In this document: positions 32,117 to 45,007 of the stretch, piece after piece | How the letters are laid out: each line of letters begins with the position of its first letter | Numbering within the stretch: position 1 is the stretch's first letter | Source of the DNA: Epithemia pelagica | Taxonomy: Eukaryota > Protista > Bacillariophyta | Assembly: GCA_946965045.2 (NCBI GenBank) | Contig: OX337241.1 | Coordinates: 2,418,001-2,482,000, forward strand | DNA: 64,000 bases | Direction: 5' to 3' | The notes under the pieces: model-generated | What the model was told of the DNA's origin: nothing | What the model saw: only the letters and a program-made list of their open reading frames with translations | Databases searched by the model: none | Made by a program: the position numbers and the translations under genes

Positions 32117-32262
32117 TGACAAGGGAGAGCGACCTAATGGTGACCCCTTAGCCCTACGTCAGACTCGCAATCGTCAGTGCCAACGCACACCATATCTTTA
32201 GGCCCTACTACATTTTGTAATACGTTTACTTAGTTATAATTTTACAAACCATTCCCTTTTCA
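32117..32262 (+). repeat. 3' LTR (146 bp)
   Basis: TG...CA, preceded by polypurine gagagggag. Three mismatches against the reconstructed 5' LTR. Confidence 0.92.
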
Positions 32263-33279
32263 AGCCTTTTCAAGGGACACTGCTTTTTTCTCCCAGCGAC
32301 TAGTCTGACAAAAGGACCACGACTTTGAATATACTTGTTGTTGTTGTTGCTTCTGCAGAATCGACCACCAACAACAAACGAACATGTACATGGGGACAAC
32401 AGGTGTTCCCTGCTTCCCTGCGCTGTCCATGATGCTGACGAAATGGACGCGTTGTGAGTTCGATGGCCACCTCTCTTTTGGAGCGACCCTGTCGCGTCCG
32501 AACCACGACCAAGAATCCCACGAACGTTCCATGCATCACAGTCATTGGGCAATAGAGTTTCAAAATGTCAATGACAGTTAGAGCGATATCCAAAGTCGTT
32601 CTGGCTTCAACATCATTAATTGATAAGAACCGACGAGTCATTCTGACACTCATGGACACGTGCCGTTTGCCAGTGGCCAGACGTGTACACTCCAGCGCTA
32701 TGAAAGAGGATGAAAGTAGAATCTTCATACAAAATGTTAGCTAGGTTCCATTCAATGTGCTGGAAATTGCATGGAATGAGGCGAGCGTTCTGAGCCACAT
32801 GCTCACTGTGTCTTTTCGTCGGACAGACAGACGGTTCGCGTTGTGTCAAGACGTCGTCCAGATGTGTTTGAAGTCGCATCTTGCACAATCATTGGTTGTC
32901 CTCGCCAAGGACAACCACTGATTCCAGTGTCATCATTGCTACCGATCGGTACCATCAGTATATCAAATAGATAATAAGATTGGATTAATCTTCAATCTCG
33001 ATGGGGAGTGTAATTGTATGTCGTGGGGGAGCGCCGGGAGTTCTCGATTTTGGAATTTGGAACACAGAGTCTGGCGACGATTGTTAATGGATGGTTGATT
33101 GATGGCTTCGCGGTTGCCTTCACGTTTCACGCACACAGTTTTGCGCTTTGTCGTGTCTTTGGCTTCGTCGTGGTGGTATCTGTGGTGTGAGCCATCCTGT
33201 GTGTATTCGCTCCTTCTCTTCTTCTCTTGTGTGTAGTATCATCTAGCGAGACGCGAAGCCAGCGCAGCATTGCCGGTGG

Positions 33280-34245
33280 TTGTTGGGAATGCACTCTTCT
33301 TCCTCCTCGTCCATTGTTCAAACCACGAGAATGTTTCATTCCCTTCCCAGACCACAGCATACCAGCTCCTTTCATCACCATCACTTTTTGCCCATGGATC
33401 ATCCTGTGGGTGGTGGTAGTCGTAGTGGACATCATGTGATGGAGGATCCTACTACGAGCCAGCACACCAATGCGGGCGCAGGTCCTTCCTTCTACCACAA
33501 CAACTGCTCGTGCTCGGACACTACGGGCCTCGTTCCAACCACAACCACAACCACAACGACTCCTTTGTTTCACCGACCACCGCATGCCATGTTGTCGGTC
33601 ATTCAAGAAAACGAAGATGACGATACGGAACCGACAACAAGCTGCTTGTTTTCTCAAAAAATCAAGAAGCAAACCGCCGTACAATGTCTCACCTCCTTGG
33701 CATCCTCCGCGGACGCGACGAATCTCCAAACCCTTCTCCACACGGACAACAACAACAACAACGAGGAAGAACAAGACCAAGAGGAAGACCGCATGGAGAC
33801 GGAAACGATTGTCGTTTCTCCGGACAACAGTCTTTGTTATGAAGCCACAGCAACCACAACAACAAGAGCGCAACTGGAAGATGCAGACCATGGGCCCTCA
33901 CAAGATGAAACGGAGGAGGAGGAGGAGGATGATTGGGGTTACTTTTATGCCGATTCCACCGCCAGTGATTCCGTGCTTTTCCCTCCTCCCTCTTTTTACA
34001 GTACACAACAACAACCGCCATCCTCCTTGTACTACTTGGTACCACAGGGTCACTACCACCATCCTCATAACAACAACAACAACAAAAAGTCCTCTTGGAT
34101 GTTGAATAAGCGACGAAGACATCGTCCCAGTGTCAAGTATCCACGAGTCGCCACTGCCGCATCTACCAGCCGATCGGGTTCGTGTAGTAGTAGCAGTACT
34201 ACGGCACCAGCCTCCAGCTTTGCCAACCGAGTGGGTTCGGTATGA
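33280..34245 (+). CDS. Hypothetical low-complexity protein (321 aa)
   Basis: Long ORF with T/H/N/E runs like neighbouring host genes, and an acidic stretch ending DDWGYFY. No family recognised. Confidence 0.5.
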   Translation: MLGMHSSSSSSIVQTTRMFHSLPRPQHTSSFHHHHFLPMDHPVGGGSRSGHHVMEDPTTSQHTNAGAGPSFYHNNCSCSDTTGLVPTTTTTTTTPLFHRPPHAMLSVIQENEDDDTEPTTSCLFSQKIKKQTAVQCLTSLASSADATNLQTLLHTDNNNNNEEEQDQEEDRMETETIVVSPDNSLCYEATATTTTRAQLEDADHGPSQDETEEEEEDDWGYFYADSTASDSVLFPPPSFYSTQQQPPSSLYYLVPQGHYHHPHNNNNNKKSSWMLNKRRRHRPSVKYPRVATAASTSRSGSCSSSSTTAPASSFANRVGSV

Positions 34246-34802
34246 CAAAACACCACTGTTGGAGAATGGCATGAATCTGTTGTTGTACTTTAGTAGCTAG
34301 GGGGTCCACGGACGTTAAATCAGTAATGTGAAACGCCCATTGCTTTGTTTCAACTGTTTCGTCGTCCTTGTTTGTGGTTGTTGTGGAAGGAGGGAAATCG
34401 TCACGCGGAACCCATCGAGTAGGGTACGTACGAATGGCACATTTGCTGGATCCAATCCAGTGCCCTATTCCGTCCATTCCATCCGAGTCTACACATGATG
34501 ATAAGAAAAATAGGGCATAGAACGAATCCTACCAATCCAGAGAGAAAGAGAGAGAAGATTACAATAAAGAAATGGTTGGTGTATGGAACTAGTATCCCAA
34601 CGACATACAGTTGAGCAAAAGAGCGGATGAGAGGTTCGTCCCTGTGCAGAGAGCCGTCACCCACACAAAACTGGATCCTAAGCCCCTGCAATCTCCAGGG
34701 TCCTCGATTTCTTCTTCGCATCATTGATTTTATGGATCGCATCATCTGTCATTCACACCATGAAATCAGACGAGAGATGCGCGGATAAAGCGATCCCTTC
34801 AA

Positions 34803-35963
34803 TCAACTCTTCCCGATCCCTTTGATAAGTATCATCCTTGGAGCGAAACAGTTCATGGCTGTGCTTTGAAAGAATGCCAACCATGATCGCCATCCGTTGG
34901 GCTGCTGTTCACAGAGACGACGAAAACACCACGTATTCTTGTCCATTAGTGGTAATGTTGCACAGGTAGGATTGAGCCATCCACCAATCACGGCAACTTG
35001 ATTGGCAACAGTCACCATAGTGCAGCCATCGCGGTCATTTTCGAATGATGGGAGATTCCACACACGGTTGTGGTACGTATCCAAGACTTCGACGCTTCGA
35101 CTGTCTATTCTTCCCGCCACCACCAGACAAGATCCCACGGCAACCACTGTACAAGAACCTCGTGCATAAGAAAGCCTCAACTCCAAATGCGTGATCCAGG
35201 TGGGTGAGAAGGAAATGACTGTCGTCAAAGAGTCGTCTTTTCTCTCGTCTGCAAAGTCCAAATACTCCACCGAATCAAGATGGTCGTTCTCGTTCCAACC
35301 TCCAACGACAAAGATGCGGTGGCCAATGACCGCACTGGTACAGTATGATCGAGGAACAGTCATGCTTGGTCCCGCAGTGACAGTGTGATTCCTGGTATCA
35401 ATAATATCCACCGACGACATACTACGGCAGTAGTAGCCACCCACCACAACAATATATCGATTGTGAACAGTGACAGCACTATGTCCTTTTCGTTTTGTTG
35501 ATAGTCGACAATTCAATGTCGTCCAATGGCTTTCATGTGTGGTGCTGCTTGTTAAGGATGATCGAAGCAAATTATTGGCATCGATTCGTTCAATACAATC
35601 CAAAGTTCCTCGACTGTATCCTCCCATCACGTAGACGCCGCCATTGCACACAACAGCGGCATGTTCGTCACGTTTCTTGTTCATGGGTGGTCCTTCTCGC
35701 CATTGCTTGTCTGGGTCTGATAGATTCAATACAAGAACGGAATCGAGCTCGCGTCGACCTGTCTGATATCCACCCAACACGACGACAGTTTGTCTCTCGT
35801 GGAAGCTATCGTTGTCCTTATCGGGATGATCAAGTACCACAAAAGTATGATGATTGTGCCATCCACCCTCGAGAGGAGGCCAGTTGTTTTCATTCCACTC
35901 TGGTGTCTCGTTCAACAGGACAAGGCCCGACTGCCATGCTTTTTCTTTCAGTGTCATGCTCAT
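34803..35963 (-). CDS. Kelch-repeat (beta-propeller) protein
   Basis: Repeated Kelch GG motifs VVVLGGY, VYVMGGY, IVVVGGY, IFVVGGW and VAVIGGW, with PMNKKR/PSMTVPR and conserved Trp positions. Confidence 0.9.
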   Translation of the reverse strand: MSMTLKEKAWQSGLVLLNETPEWNENNWPPLEGGWHNHHTFVVLDHPDKDNDSFHERQTVVVLGGYQTGRRELDSVLVLNLSDPDKQWREGPPMNKKRDEHAAVVCNGGVYVMGGYSRGTLDCIERIDANNLLRSSLTSSTTHESHWTTLNCRLSTKRKGHSAVTVHNRYIVVVGGYYCRSMSSVDIIDTRNHTVTAGPSMTVPRSYCTSAVIGHRIFVVGGWNENDHLDSVEYLDFADERKDDSLTTVISFSPTWITHLELRLSYARGSCTVVAVGSCLVVAGRIDSRSVEVLDTYHNRVWNLPSFENDRDGCTMVTVANQVAVIGGWLNPTCATLPLMDKNTWCFRRLCEQQPNGWRSWLAFFQSTAMNCFAPRMILIKGIGKS

Positions 35964-36230
35964 GGTTCCAAAATATGAACTGCAGAATTTATGAGGATCG
36001 AGACACTGTATTGTAAGTGGTTAGTGGTTTTGCTTTACTCATGTGATTCTGATGGGTGCGGACTGGAAGCACGACTGACTTCACGAAATGGATGCACCAA
36101 AGATGGGTCGCTTTGGAATCGTGACCGTAGCCACGCAAGGAAGAAGACCACGCATCCTTCTTGGGAGTATCGTGGAAGTTTTTGGATACCGAAATAAACC
36201 TCATGGCGAGAAAGACAACCACTGATATGT

Positions 36231-37130
36231 ATGGTTTCCATCTGTTTGTCTCTTTCCCTGTGTCACATCCTTAGGTTCTTCGTGAGCTCTCATGACAAGA
36301 GGATCTCTCTGCAAATTCTACTTGTTGAGCCTTTACTATGGATAACCACAACTACCCTTCTTCTAGAGGGACCATCGGGATGGCGAAGTGGATTCCACGA
36401 AACAAGAATTTCAATCATTGCGGAACACTTTTCCTCGGTCTATAAACCAAAAGTGGATACACTTCCATCATGATTGTTTTGGCCCGGTGGATCGCTCTTG
36501 TTCTTTTCTGGTTGCTGATCTGGTGGGAACTGCATACCGATCGAGCATGTGGCGCCTCCTTGGCCATCCTCACATCTCTGCAGGACAATGGCACGTTGCT
36601 TATTGCAAAGCAGGAACCAAGGCGTGTTTCCAATCACAAACAACAACAAAAGGCAATGATGGTGGGTTCGAACCAAGTTGGCCTGGCCATCCTGGCGCTG
36701 TGGACCAACTGACGTTTTCGTTGTGACGGCCAAAAAATGACAAAATGAGTCCTTGCTGCAGTATTCTTTGGGAAGAACACGACGGGTGTCACAGAGGACC
36801 ACCACGATACTGGCCTTGACGCATGAAAGGAACATGCCCGGAAGAGCAATGAAAGTTCCGCATTGTCGTTGCCATTTGTGTCCGTCTCGTTGTGGTTGTT
36901 GCTCCGGCTGCTAATTGCAATGAGCAGTGGAGTACATTGCTGTCATGATCTGCTTGACGACATTGGCAGCATTCATCACAGCAATGTCATGGACTAGAGA
37001 CAAGCACGCAATAAAGGATCCAGTCCTGTCGTTGCTTCATAACAGTTACCAAGTGGTGGACAGAGACGCTCGCAATGGCGATGACCTTGTTGGTGAGAAT
37101 GACGACGACGACAGTGCGATCGAGACATGA
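36231..37130 (+). pseudogene. Possible degraded multi-pass membrane-protein gene
   Basis: Several short hydrophobic ORFs in a row (RWIALVLFWLLIWW, VGLAILALW, YIAVMICLTTLAAFITAM) interrupted by stops. Identity unknown. Confidence 0.3.
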
Positions 37131-38223
37131 GTATTGTTGCGCCACTGGGAGTGTGGTTGGAGGTTCCCCAAGGAATCTACCATAAACTGCCCATGCAATG
37201 GATACATTTCATGACAATGGGAGTTTCTTGATTCACCCTACTTGGATTATCGAGATAAAGCTCGCAATAGGTCTTGAAACATGTAAATGACGCTCACCAT
37301 CCACCAAATCCACCAGACCAAAAGGGTAGCGAGCTTGTCCAGTTTTGTGAGCAAGATCCCAATCGATCCGTATCCCATCTGTCAGAATCATGCTGTCCAA
37401 TGAATGTCTCCGTGCACAATGCCGGCAAGCGTTCTCAGGCACTGGGCAATTTTGAAAAAACACATTCCTGCCTTGTGTATAGTCCGTCAAATGGGGGAGA
37501 GATCCACCCATCCTTCATGTGAGTGTCCCTAGGCCAGGGCTACAAAGCTCAGTTCCCGGCCGTCGACTACCCGATACTCTCGGAGCTCTTCGGCATCTGG
37601 AAATATAGACTTGTCACTGGCTGATACGAGCGGCCTCGCCATCATCTCCAGCAGCCGTAAATTCCTGGTACTTCTTCAAAAGCTCATCTACATACTTCAT
37701 CCGCAACTTGGTATCCTCATCTTTCTCGCAGTTGAAAGTATCCCGGAGAGTGCTTTCTTGAGAAAGTCAGCAAGAAGGACTTGGCTCGTACGGGCGGATC
37801 GGGAAGGGGTTCAACCTTTTGATCATCCCTCGTTTTCATTGGAAGTTTCGGCTCTGTGGTCCTGTGTTGAGTATAGCTGGAATCTGAGTCGACGCGTCGT
37901 GTGGATCGCTCACTCTGTTCTCATGGTCTCGGTGGAAAAGATCGGAGAGTCGATGATCTCATTTCTAAAACCGCTAGAAGTTTCTTGATTTGTACTTTAT
38001 AGCTGATAATCATCCATGAATTTTGCTACAACCCAGTGGTAAGTGTTGTCGTCATTGGACAACCCCAGTCTTCATCCTTGTGGAGCGCCGCCATCCCTTG
38101 GCCAATCCACATCAATCTCCGTTGATAGTGTGTTTGTGTCTCTCTCTCCTCTTTTTACTCTCTCCACGATTCTCCATTTCTCTCAATCTCTAAGAATCGT
38201 ACCAAGAATCGATCATATCCATC

Positions 38224-41030
38224 ATGTCTTCGAAATGGCATCAAAAAAAGGAAAAATTGGCGCGAGAAACCTTTGAACGAGAATTGCAAAATTCCGAGGA
38301 TTCCACCGTCAAGGAACTGGTGACGGATGTTGCCATGGGAGGAGGAGAACAAGAATTGTTTGAAAAGAAATTGAGCAAGGAAGAAAAAAAGGCTCGGGCC
38401 AAGGCCGCCCGAGAAGCCAAGAAACAACAAAAGAAAAAGGGTGGTGACACGACAGACCAACACGAGGACAACGCCTCGGATGCGGCCGCCGCGGCGGCGT
38501 GGAAACAAGTGCAAGCCGGAGGAACGAATGCTACATCAACTACTACTGGCGAAGACGATGGAATTGATCACGAGACAGGCGATGCCTTGGCCGCAGCCGG
38601 CACAATTTGTACCTTTAGTCGATCGCGCAAGGGTGTCGATGCCCGATCGCGCGATGTCAATGTGCAAAATTTGACTCTCCAACACATGGGTGCCGTCTTG
38701 TTGGATGAAACGGAAATGATTCTCAATCATGGCAATCGGTATGGTTTGGTCGGTGCCAATGGATGTGGAAAATCCACCCTCCTCAAAGCGTTGGGAGCCC
38801 GAGCCATTCCCATTCCCCGATCGATTGATTTATTTTTCTTGTCGGAAGAAGTGGAACCCTCCGATACCGTATCGGCCTTGGAAGCGGTCATGTCCGTCGA
38901 TGCCGAACGATTGGAATTGGAACAACAAGTTGAACGTTTGGATCAGTTATTGTCACATTTGGCCACGCTCACGGAACCCGATGAAGAAACGGGTCAAACC
39001 CCGGAAGAACAACAAGAACAAGTCATGGATGTCTTGAATCAAACCTATGAACGATTGGATGCCTTGGATGCCAGTACCGCGGAAGTACGAGCCACGACCA
39101 TTCTCAAGGGATTGGGATTTACGCATGAAATGCAACAAAAGAAAACCGCCGACTTTAGTGGAGGATGGCGCATGCGAGTGTCCTTGGCCCGTGCTGTACG
39201 TACCCCAAACAAGGAAGAAAAAGAGGATTTTTGTCGTGTGTGTCTTCACTGAAAATGGGAGCTTACCATGTTGATTGTATCTTTCTTGTGATTGTTTGAA
39301 TTCTCTCTTGCGTCGTTTTGGATACACAGTTGTTTATTCAACCCATTTGTTTGCTTCTCGATGAACCGACCAATCATTTAGGTATGTGCGATATTCTGTT
39401 TGTTGAATTCCCAGACTTGTCCGGAATCCCATCTCATATCAAACGTCGTGGGATGCTCGTTTCTTGTCGTGTTCTCATTATCACGAACACCAACGCAAAC
39501 AACAACAATCTCCCTCTCGTTGATTCCGTCCACCACAGATATGGAGGCGGTCATTTGGTTGGAGAATTACTTGCAAAGTTGGGACAAAATATTGCTCTTG
39601 GTCTCGCATTCCCAGGATTTTCTCAACAATGTCTGTACGCACATGATTGACTTTACCAATCGCAAAAAGCTAGTCTATTACGATGGAAATTACGATCAAT
39701 ACGTCAAAACCAAGAGCGAAAAGGAAGAAAATCAATGGAAACAATACAAATGGGAACAAGAACAAATCAAATCCATGAAGGAATACATTGCCCGCTTTGG
39801 TCATGGGACGGCCAAGAATGCCAAACAGGCTCAGTCCAAAGAAAAAGTCTTGGCCAAAATGATTCGGGCCGGGTTGACGGAAAAGCCCGAAGAAGAAAAG
39901 GCCATTAATTTCAAATTCACAGATCCAGGACATTTGCCGCCTCCCGTCTTGGCCTTTCACGATGTATCTTTTGGATATCCCAATTGTGAACCTCTCTATA
40001 CCGGTGTCAACTTTGGCGTCGATTTGGATTCGCGCGTCGCTCTCGTTGGACCCAATGGAGCAGGAAAGGTAAGACCGACTGTGCCAAGACGGATCACTGG
40101 TATTGTGTGATGTGGGAAGCGCTCAATTTCTGGTTTCCTGTTCTGTTTGTATTTGTTCGTTGCTCTGCTTGTTCGACCTATAATCTGTCACAGACGACAT
40201 TGATCAAACTCATGGCTGGTGAACTGGTTCCTACGTTGGGGGACATTCGTCCGCATGGCCATTTGAAATTGGGTCGATTTACCCAACATTTTGTCGACGT
40301 GTTGGATTTGGACCTTTCGCCCTTGGAATTTTTTGAATCCAAATATCCCAATGATCCCAAGGACGACTTGAGGAAATACTTGGGTCGCTTTGGGTTGTCG
40401 GGACGGATGCAGGTCCAAAAAATGTCGGAATTGTCCGATGGACAAAAAACGCGTGTCGTCTTTGCCAAATTGGGACGCGATGTCCCTCACATTTTGTTGT
40501 TGGATGAACCGACGAATCATTTGGATATCATGGGCATTGATGCCTTGGCCAAGGCCATTAATGAATTCGAGGGTGGTATGGTACTGGTGTCGCATGATAT
40601 GCGGTTAATCAGTCAAGTGGCCAAGGAAATTTGGATGTGCGACAACAAGACCATTACCAAATACGAAGGAGACATTTTGAATTTCAAAATGGAAATGCGA
40701 AAACAATTGGGCATTGACAATGAAAGTCTTCCCGCACTCCGGGGAGATGCCAGTGTCAAGAAAAAGGAAGACGGGGCAACTAGTAGTGCGGACAACAGCA
40801 ACAACAACAACAAGAACTCGACGAGCAAAAAGCCTACCAATGGCGGCACCAAAGCGTCCGTGTCCAAGACGCTAACGGCCACCAGCGCCGCACCCGTTGA
40901 ATTGCCCAAACCAGCGGCACCCAAACCACCCCCACCAGCCCCGCCAAAGCAAGAATCGTCTGAGCCTCCGGCCAAAGGCAAGTACATTCCACCTCATTTG
41001 CGACGCAAAATGGCGACTCAACAACCATGA
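38224..41030 (+). CDS. ABCF2: ABC-F family ATPase (ABCF2/Arb1-like); exons 38224-39195, 39330-39381, 39539-40068, 40194-41030
   Basis: Two ABC domains and no TM domain. Walker [10 protein letters not shown] and GPNGAGKTT, signatures FSGGWRMR and LSDGQK, two [11 protein letters not shown] motifs. Three GT-AG introns restore the frame. Confidence 0.93.
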
Positions 41031-42257
41031 CAAAACAAGGCTATTGATTGTGGAGCGGGTGGCTTGTTGCCATGAATTGTAGAATTTCATGCTGGATGTG
41101 ATTTGGGTGTAGATTTGAGGTCATTGAAGTCTTTTGTTGCCATCTGTTGCATCTGAGGAGGGAAGAGACTTCCCATAGAACCGCGAAACTCCTCTCGTAA
41201 CCATACTCGAAGCTAAGGGTATCGGTGTTGAGCTGATGACAACGATTTGAGGTGTAATACAGCGGACTAACCGCACTTGCAAAGTAGTACATGAATTGCT
41301 AAAGTTAAGAGTTCATTTCGTTCTCAAATGGTTTCAAGCACAGCTCCATGGATTCGTGGTGTGCCAAGCCGAACACAAGGGTGGCTGTCTTCGGCATTGT
41401 GTCATGACGACTGCCTTGTGCTTGTAGGTGGGTGTACACAGCAAGCAATCCCAGTTACAGTTTCTCTGTGCGTGGTGCATGATATCGTTGATAGGTAGAT
41501 CCAATGGCGGCACCAATTCCAGCCGCAACACAGGCGGCTCGATTGCCTCGTCCCGGTCGAAACATGAGAACACCCGCCATTCCTCCGACAACCATTCCTT
41601 GGGCGGCATGCCACAATCCTGTGTGTTACCAAAGAGGAGAACAATTCATGAGTCCGACAGCAGTATCCAAAAAAATGTTGGTTGAAACGACGGAACAGAG
41701 ACAACCGCTTCTGCAACCAAAACATGGAAACGCACTCTATGGGAACGTACCGCTTTCAATCGATACTTCCACACCTTCTGGCAACTTCCACGTTGGTGTA
41801 AAGACCGGAGGACTACTGCTGGTAGTTGGCACGGACTCTGGAGCCGCAGAGGAAGACGACGGTGATTCGGGTGTACTCATGGTGACAAAAGCTGTGGAAT
41901 GATATGGGGGTGGGGAAGTTTGACGGGGAGACAAACCGACGGCTTGAGAAAAAAGGGGCAAAGAATCCCTGGCGTTGATTATTATTTTTCATTAATAATA
42001 ATAATAGAAAATAATATGGTTTGGATGGGGCGTGATAGTTTTGGCCGCACATAACTTGCAGGACACAATGCTCCGCGAATGGTATCTTTCGGGTGATGGA
42101 TGACATCTGGAGAGGGAATTGGAGGTACTTCATCCTTGAATCTCATATATAGAAGCCAGAAAGCTCATCGAGAGCCAGTAGAGCATTATCAACATCAAAA
42201 GAAGGGTAAGAAGGGTAACTTCAAGAAGCGTGGAGGTAGCATCTCAGAAAAGCAAGC

Positions 42258-42704
42258 ATGTCGGCTGTTTCGTTCGTTGGACGACTTTTGTTCCCCTCAT
42301 GGTGCTGTTGTTGTTGTTGCCGATGCAAGAAACAAAATCAAGAGAAAGAGAACACGGAAACGGAAGACGAATCTGTGGCAACCGAAGAGTCGAATCCGAC
42401 AGCCGCTGCTTCGGATGACAAACAAACAAAGGGTCATGGTGATGACGCCTTTTACTTTTGGGAAAATTCACATCAAATGTACGTTGATGTGGTCAACTTG
42501 TCACCCAAATTGTTTCGTCATTATGCTCGTGCCGCCTATCTCAAGGGCATGCATCAGCATGCCGAAACGATTCAGGGAATACCAAATTCCATCAATGAAG
42601 AAATCATGTATATTGTCGTCAAAGAGCGGACCCCCAAGGAGCACCTGAAACAGGCTTTGGAAACCCTCGACAAGGATCGCACCACTCCTTCCTCATCTCA
42701 CTAG
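42258..42704 (+). CDS. Hypothetical protein (5' end uncertain)
   Basis: ORF with protein-like composition (DDAFYFWENSHQMYVDVV...). The upstream part is probably intronic. Confidence 0.35.
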   Translation: MSAVSFVGRLLFPSWCCCCCCRCKKQNQEKENTETEDESVATEESNPTAAASDDKQTKGHGDDAFYFWENSHQMYVDVVNLSPKLFRHYARAAYLKGMHQHAETIQGIPNSINEEIMYIVVKERTPKEHLKQALETLDKDRTTPSSSH

Positions 42705-43143
42705 TCCATGTGTAAGAATGAATGCAAGAGGTAAGGGTACAGGTCGTCCTAGATACTAGAGAATCATGATCCATGTTTCTATAGTCTAGTTGGCGTCGTC
42801 CCCCTTTACTTGGAACAGATCAACCCCGTCTTATATCTGTGACGACACAGGAACGCTCTGGTTGAATGGAGTCTGTTAAGACCAAGAGAACCCAGTAGTA
42901 CGACAGTCATGACACCAAGGCCTTTTGTGGATGAGATGCCTTTTCGCATACACAGAATATTCTCGGATCCTCTCAATACTGAATGGAATACAGGTATCTA
43001 AAGGACCAAGAATGTCTCTATTGCAGGTTGGAATTTTCGGGTGTAGTACGTCAGTTCCGGATTTTTATGCAAAGTGCGACGCACCAAAAACAAACATAGC
43101 CATTCTTAGGTCATTTACCGCAAGAAACCAAGTCCCACCAAGA

Positions 43144-44179
43144 ATGCCTCGCTATGAGATCCAAGACAAGTTTCTTCGAGTTGCCTACGGCGTCGCCGAC
43201 AACAGTGGCGTCTTTTTGTCCGTATACGACAGTCGGTTAAAGTATGATCCAAAGCAATCGCACCAGGTCAATGCCGTGACGGAGAGTTTTCAATCTGGAG
43301 AAGGCTGTTACTTGGACCTTCACACAGGACCAATAGGCTTTGAACAGCGCGTCGACGATGACAACATGGCAACCTATCTACGCCGCTTCGGTGCATCCGA
43401 AGACCAAATCACGATGCTTCCTCTCCGCTTAATCAAGGAAAATTATCCCTGCAATAGCTGTGGCAAAATGGCCACAAAGCGATGCCAAAGATGCGAACAA
43501 GTCTAGTATTGTTCCAAAGAATGCCAAACCGAAACTTGGCTCGTTCACAAGCTCTTTTGTGGTATCCAGATCCCAACCCCACCGCCGAAAAAGACCAAGG
43601 CGATCACGTCCTTGCTGCTCTCACAAAGCAATTCTGTGCCGAAGCTTGTGTCAATCACATTGGACGGGGACATTGTGAGTGAAGAAAGCGACGGTCCCGC
43701 ACCCCCTGGGATTGTGGAGGTTCCGTGGTACGCCTCCTCCGACAGCAATATTACCAGCAGTTTGGATCAATTCGATGATGCGAGTGAGGGCCTCAACTCT
43801 TTTGCAAGTTATGCTCGGTTGGATTTCTCCGAATACTTTCCTGACGGCAGCCCGGCTGTTTTCTCAAGTGAGTCCTATCACGGTGTGGATCCCAATATGT
43901 CGTGTGCCTACCATATTTTCTACCGAAAAATAGCGGCAAAGAAACCAGGATCGACCGACATCTGTGACCAAAATGGTCCATGCAGTAGCCAAATGGATCT
44001 ACAAGGGTCAGGTCAAAATCAACGATAGTTCAAATTTGCCTGGCATTTGTTTTCACGGTACTCTCCTGGTGGTAAAGCGCGAAAAGAGCCGATCTAGATA
44101 TCTTGATATGGCTCCGACAGACATGCTCGACGTAGCCAAACTTCTCTTTAAAGTCAATGCGGAATACGCAGGAGGATAA
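43144..44179 (+). pseudogene. MYND zinc-finger protein pseudogene
   Basis: CNSCGKMATKRCQRCEQV*YCSKECQTETWLVHKLFC is a MYND finger with an in-frame TAG at 43504-43506. The frame continues to about 43960, then apparently shifts. Confidence 0.75.
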
Positions 44180-45007
44180 ATATCATTATCGACGAGATTG
44201 TCCGGAGATGTCCTCATTTATGTAATGGACCCAACCTTGGAAATTCGAATCTATCAGTAAGTCTAGGTATTCAATCAGTCGCTGATATCAATCGTTCTTT
44301 GGTCACAATAGGTCGCGTCGTAGTTTGGTCTTGTGCGTTGGGGGCTATTCGCAAATCAAGACGGACGGCGTAAATCGCCGGGTGGGCCACATTCCGTTCA
44401 CAGAACCTACTTTTTGAGTAATAGTGGTACAGTGATCTTTACAGTCTAAGCCCTGCGTTGGTACATTTGAAAGGTGGGGTCATTTGTGGCGGAATACGAC
44501 ATTGGATTTGATATCGTATGCCGTCTGCCCCACCATAGGATTTTTTTGGCGAGCGCACGCACACCTCATCGCTCGCCAAGTGGATCAACACGCACAATGA
44601 CAAACCCAGAAAAGTAAGGTGTGTTGCTCCTCTTCATCGTTGTCGATGACCTTTTCGAAATTGGAAGGAAGATAAGCCATTGCATCCTCTGGCGTTTCGA
44701 AATAACCACGAACCCTTGCACATTTGCAAAACCATTGTTGAAGCAACGGCAAACATCGTCCTTTGAGAGCAGAGTACCGATTGCCTTTGTCATCGACGCG
44801 GTTGAGCGTCTTCCGAAAAAGAGAGATTGTTCGTGAACACCTCTCTTTATTGCTCCAGTCGCGTGATTTGGGAGTTCTTAACAACAAACAAACAAACAAC
44901 AACAAACACACACAGTCTTGCAACGCCAATCAATAATTCCAGAAATCGGTGTTGTCGAATTCTCTTTTGCTAGAAACTCTCGTAGTCTTTGAATTGTGTG
45001 AGACATT

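Larger units (their letters stand above)
22340..32262 (+). mobile_element. Ty1/Copia LTR retrotransposon (CoDi-like), decayed, 5' LTR interrupted by a Harbinger element
   Basis: 146-bp TG...CA LTRs, PBS at 25623, polypurine tract at 32108-32116, and gag-PR-IN-RT-RH order (integrase before RT, so Copia). Confidence 0.92.

Noticed and set aside
32263-33100. Fragmentary ORFs downstream of the Copia 3' LTR
   Set aside because: Interrupted by stops and with no recognisable domain, so no call can be supported.
37200-38000. Protein-like fragments on the minus strand (for example KLRMKYVDELLKKYQEF)
   Set aside because: Short and broken by stops and frameshifts. Identity cannot be established by eye.
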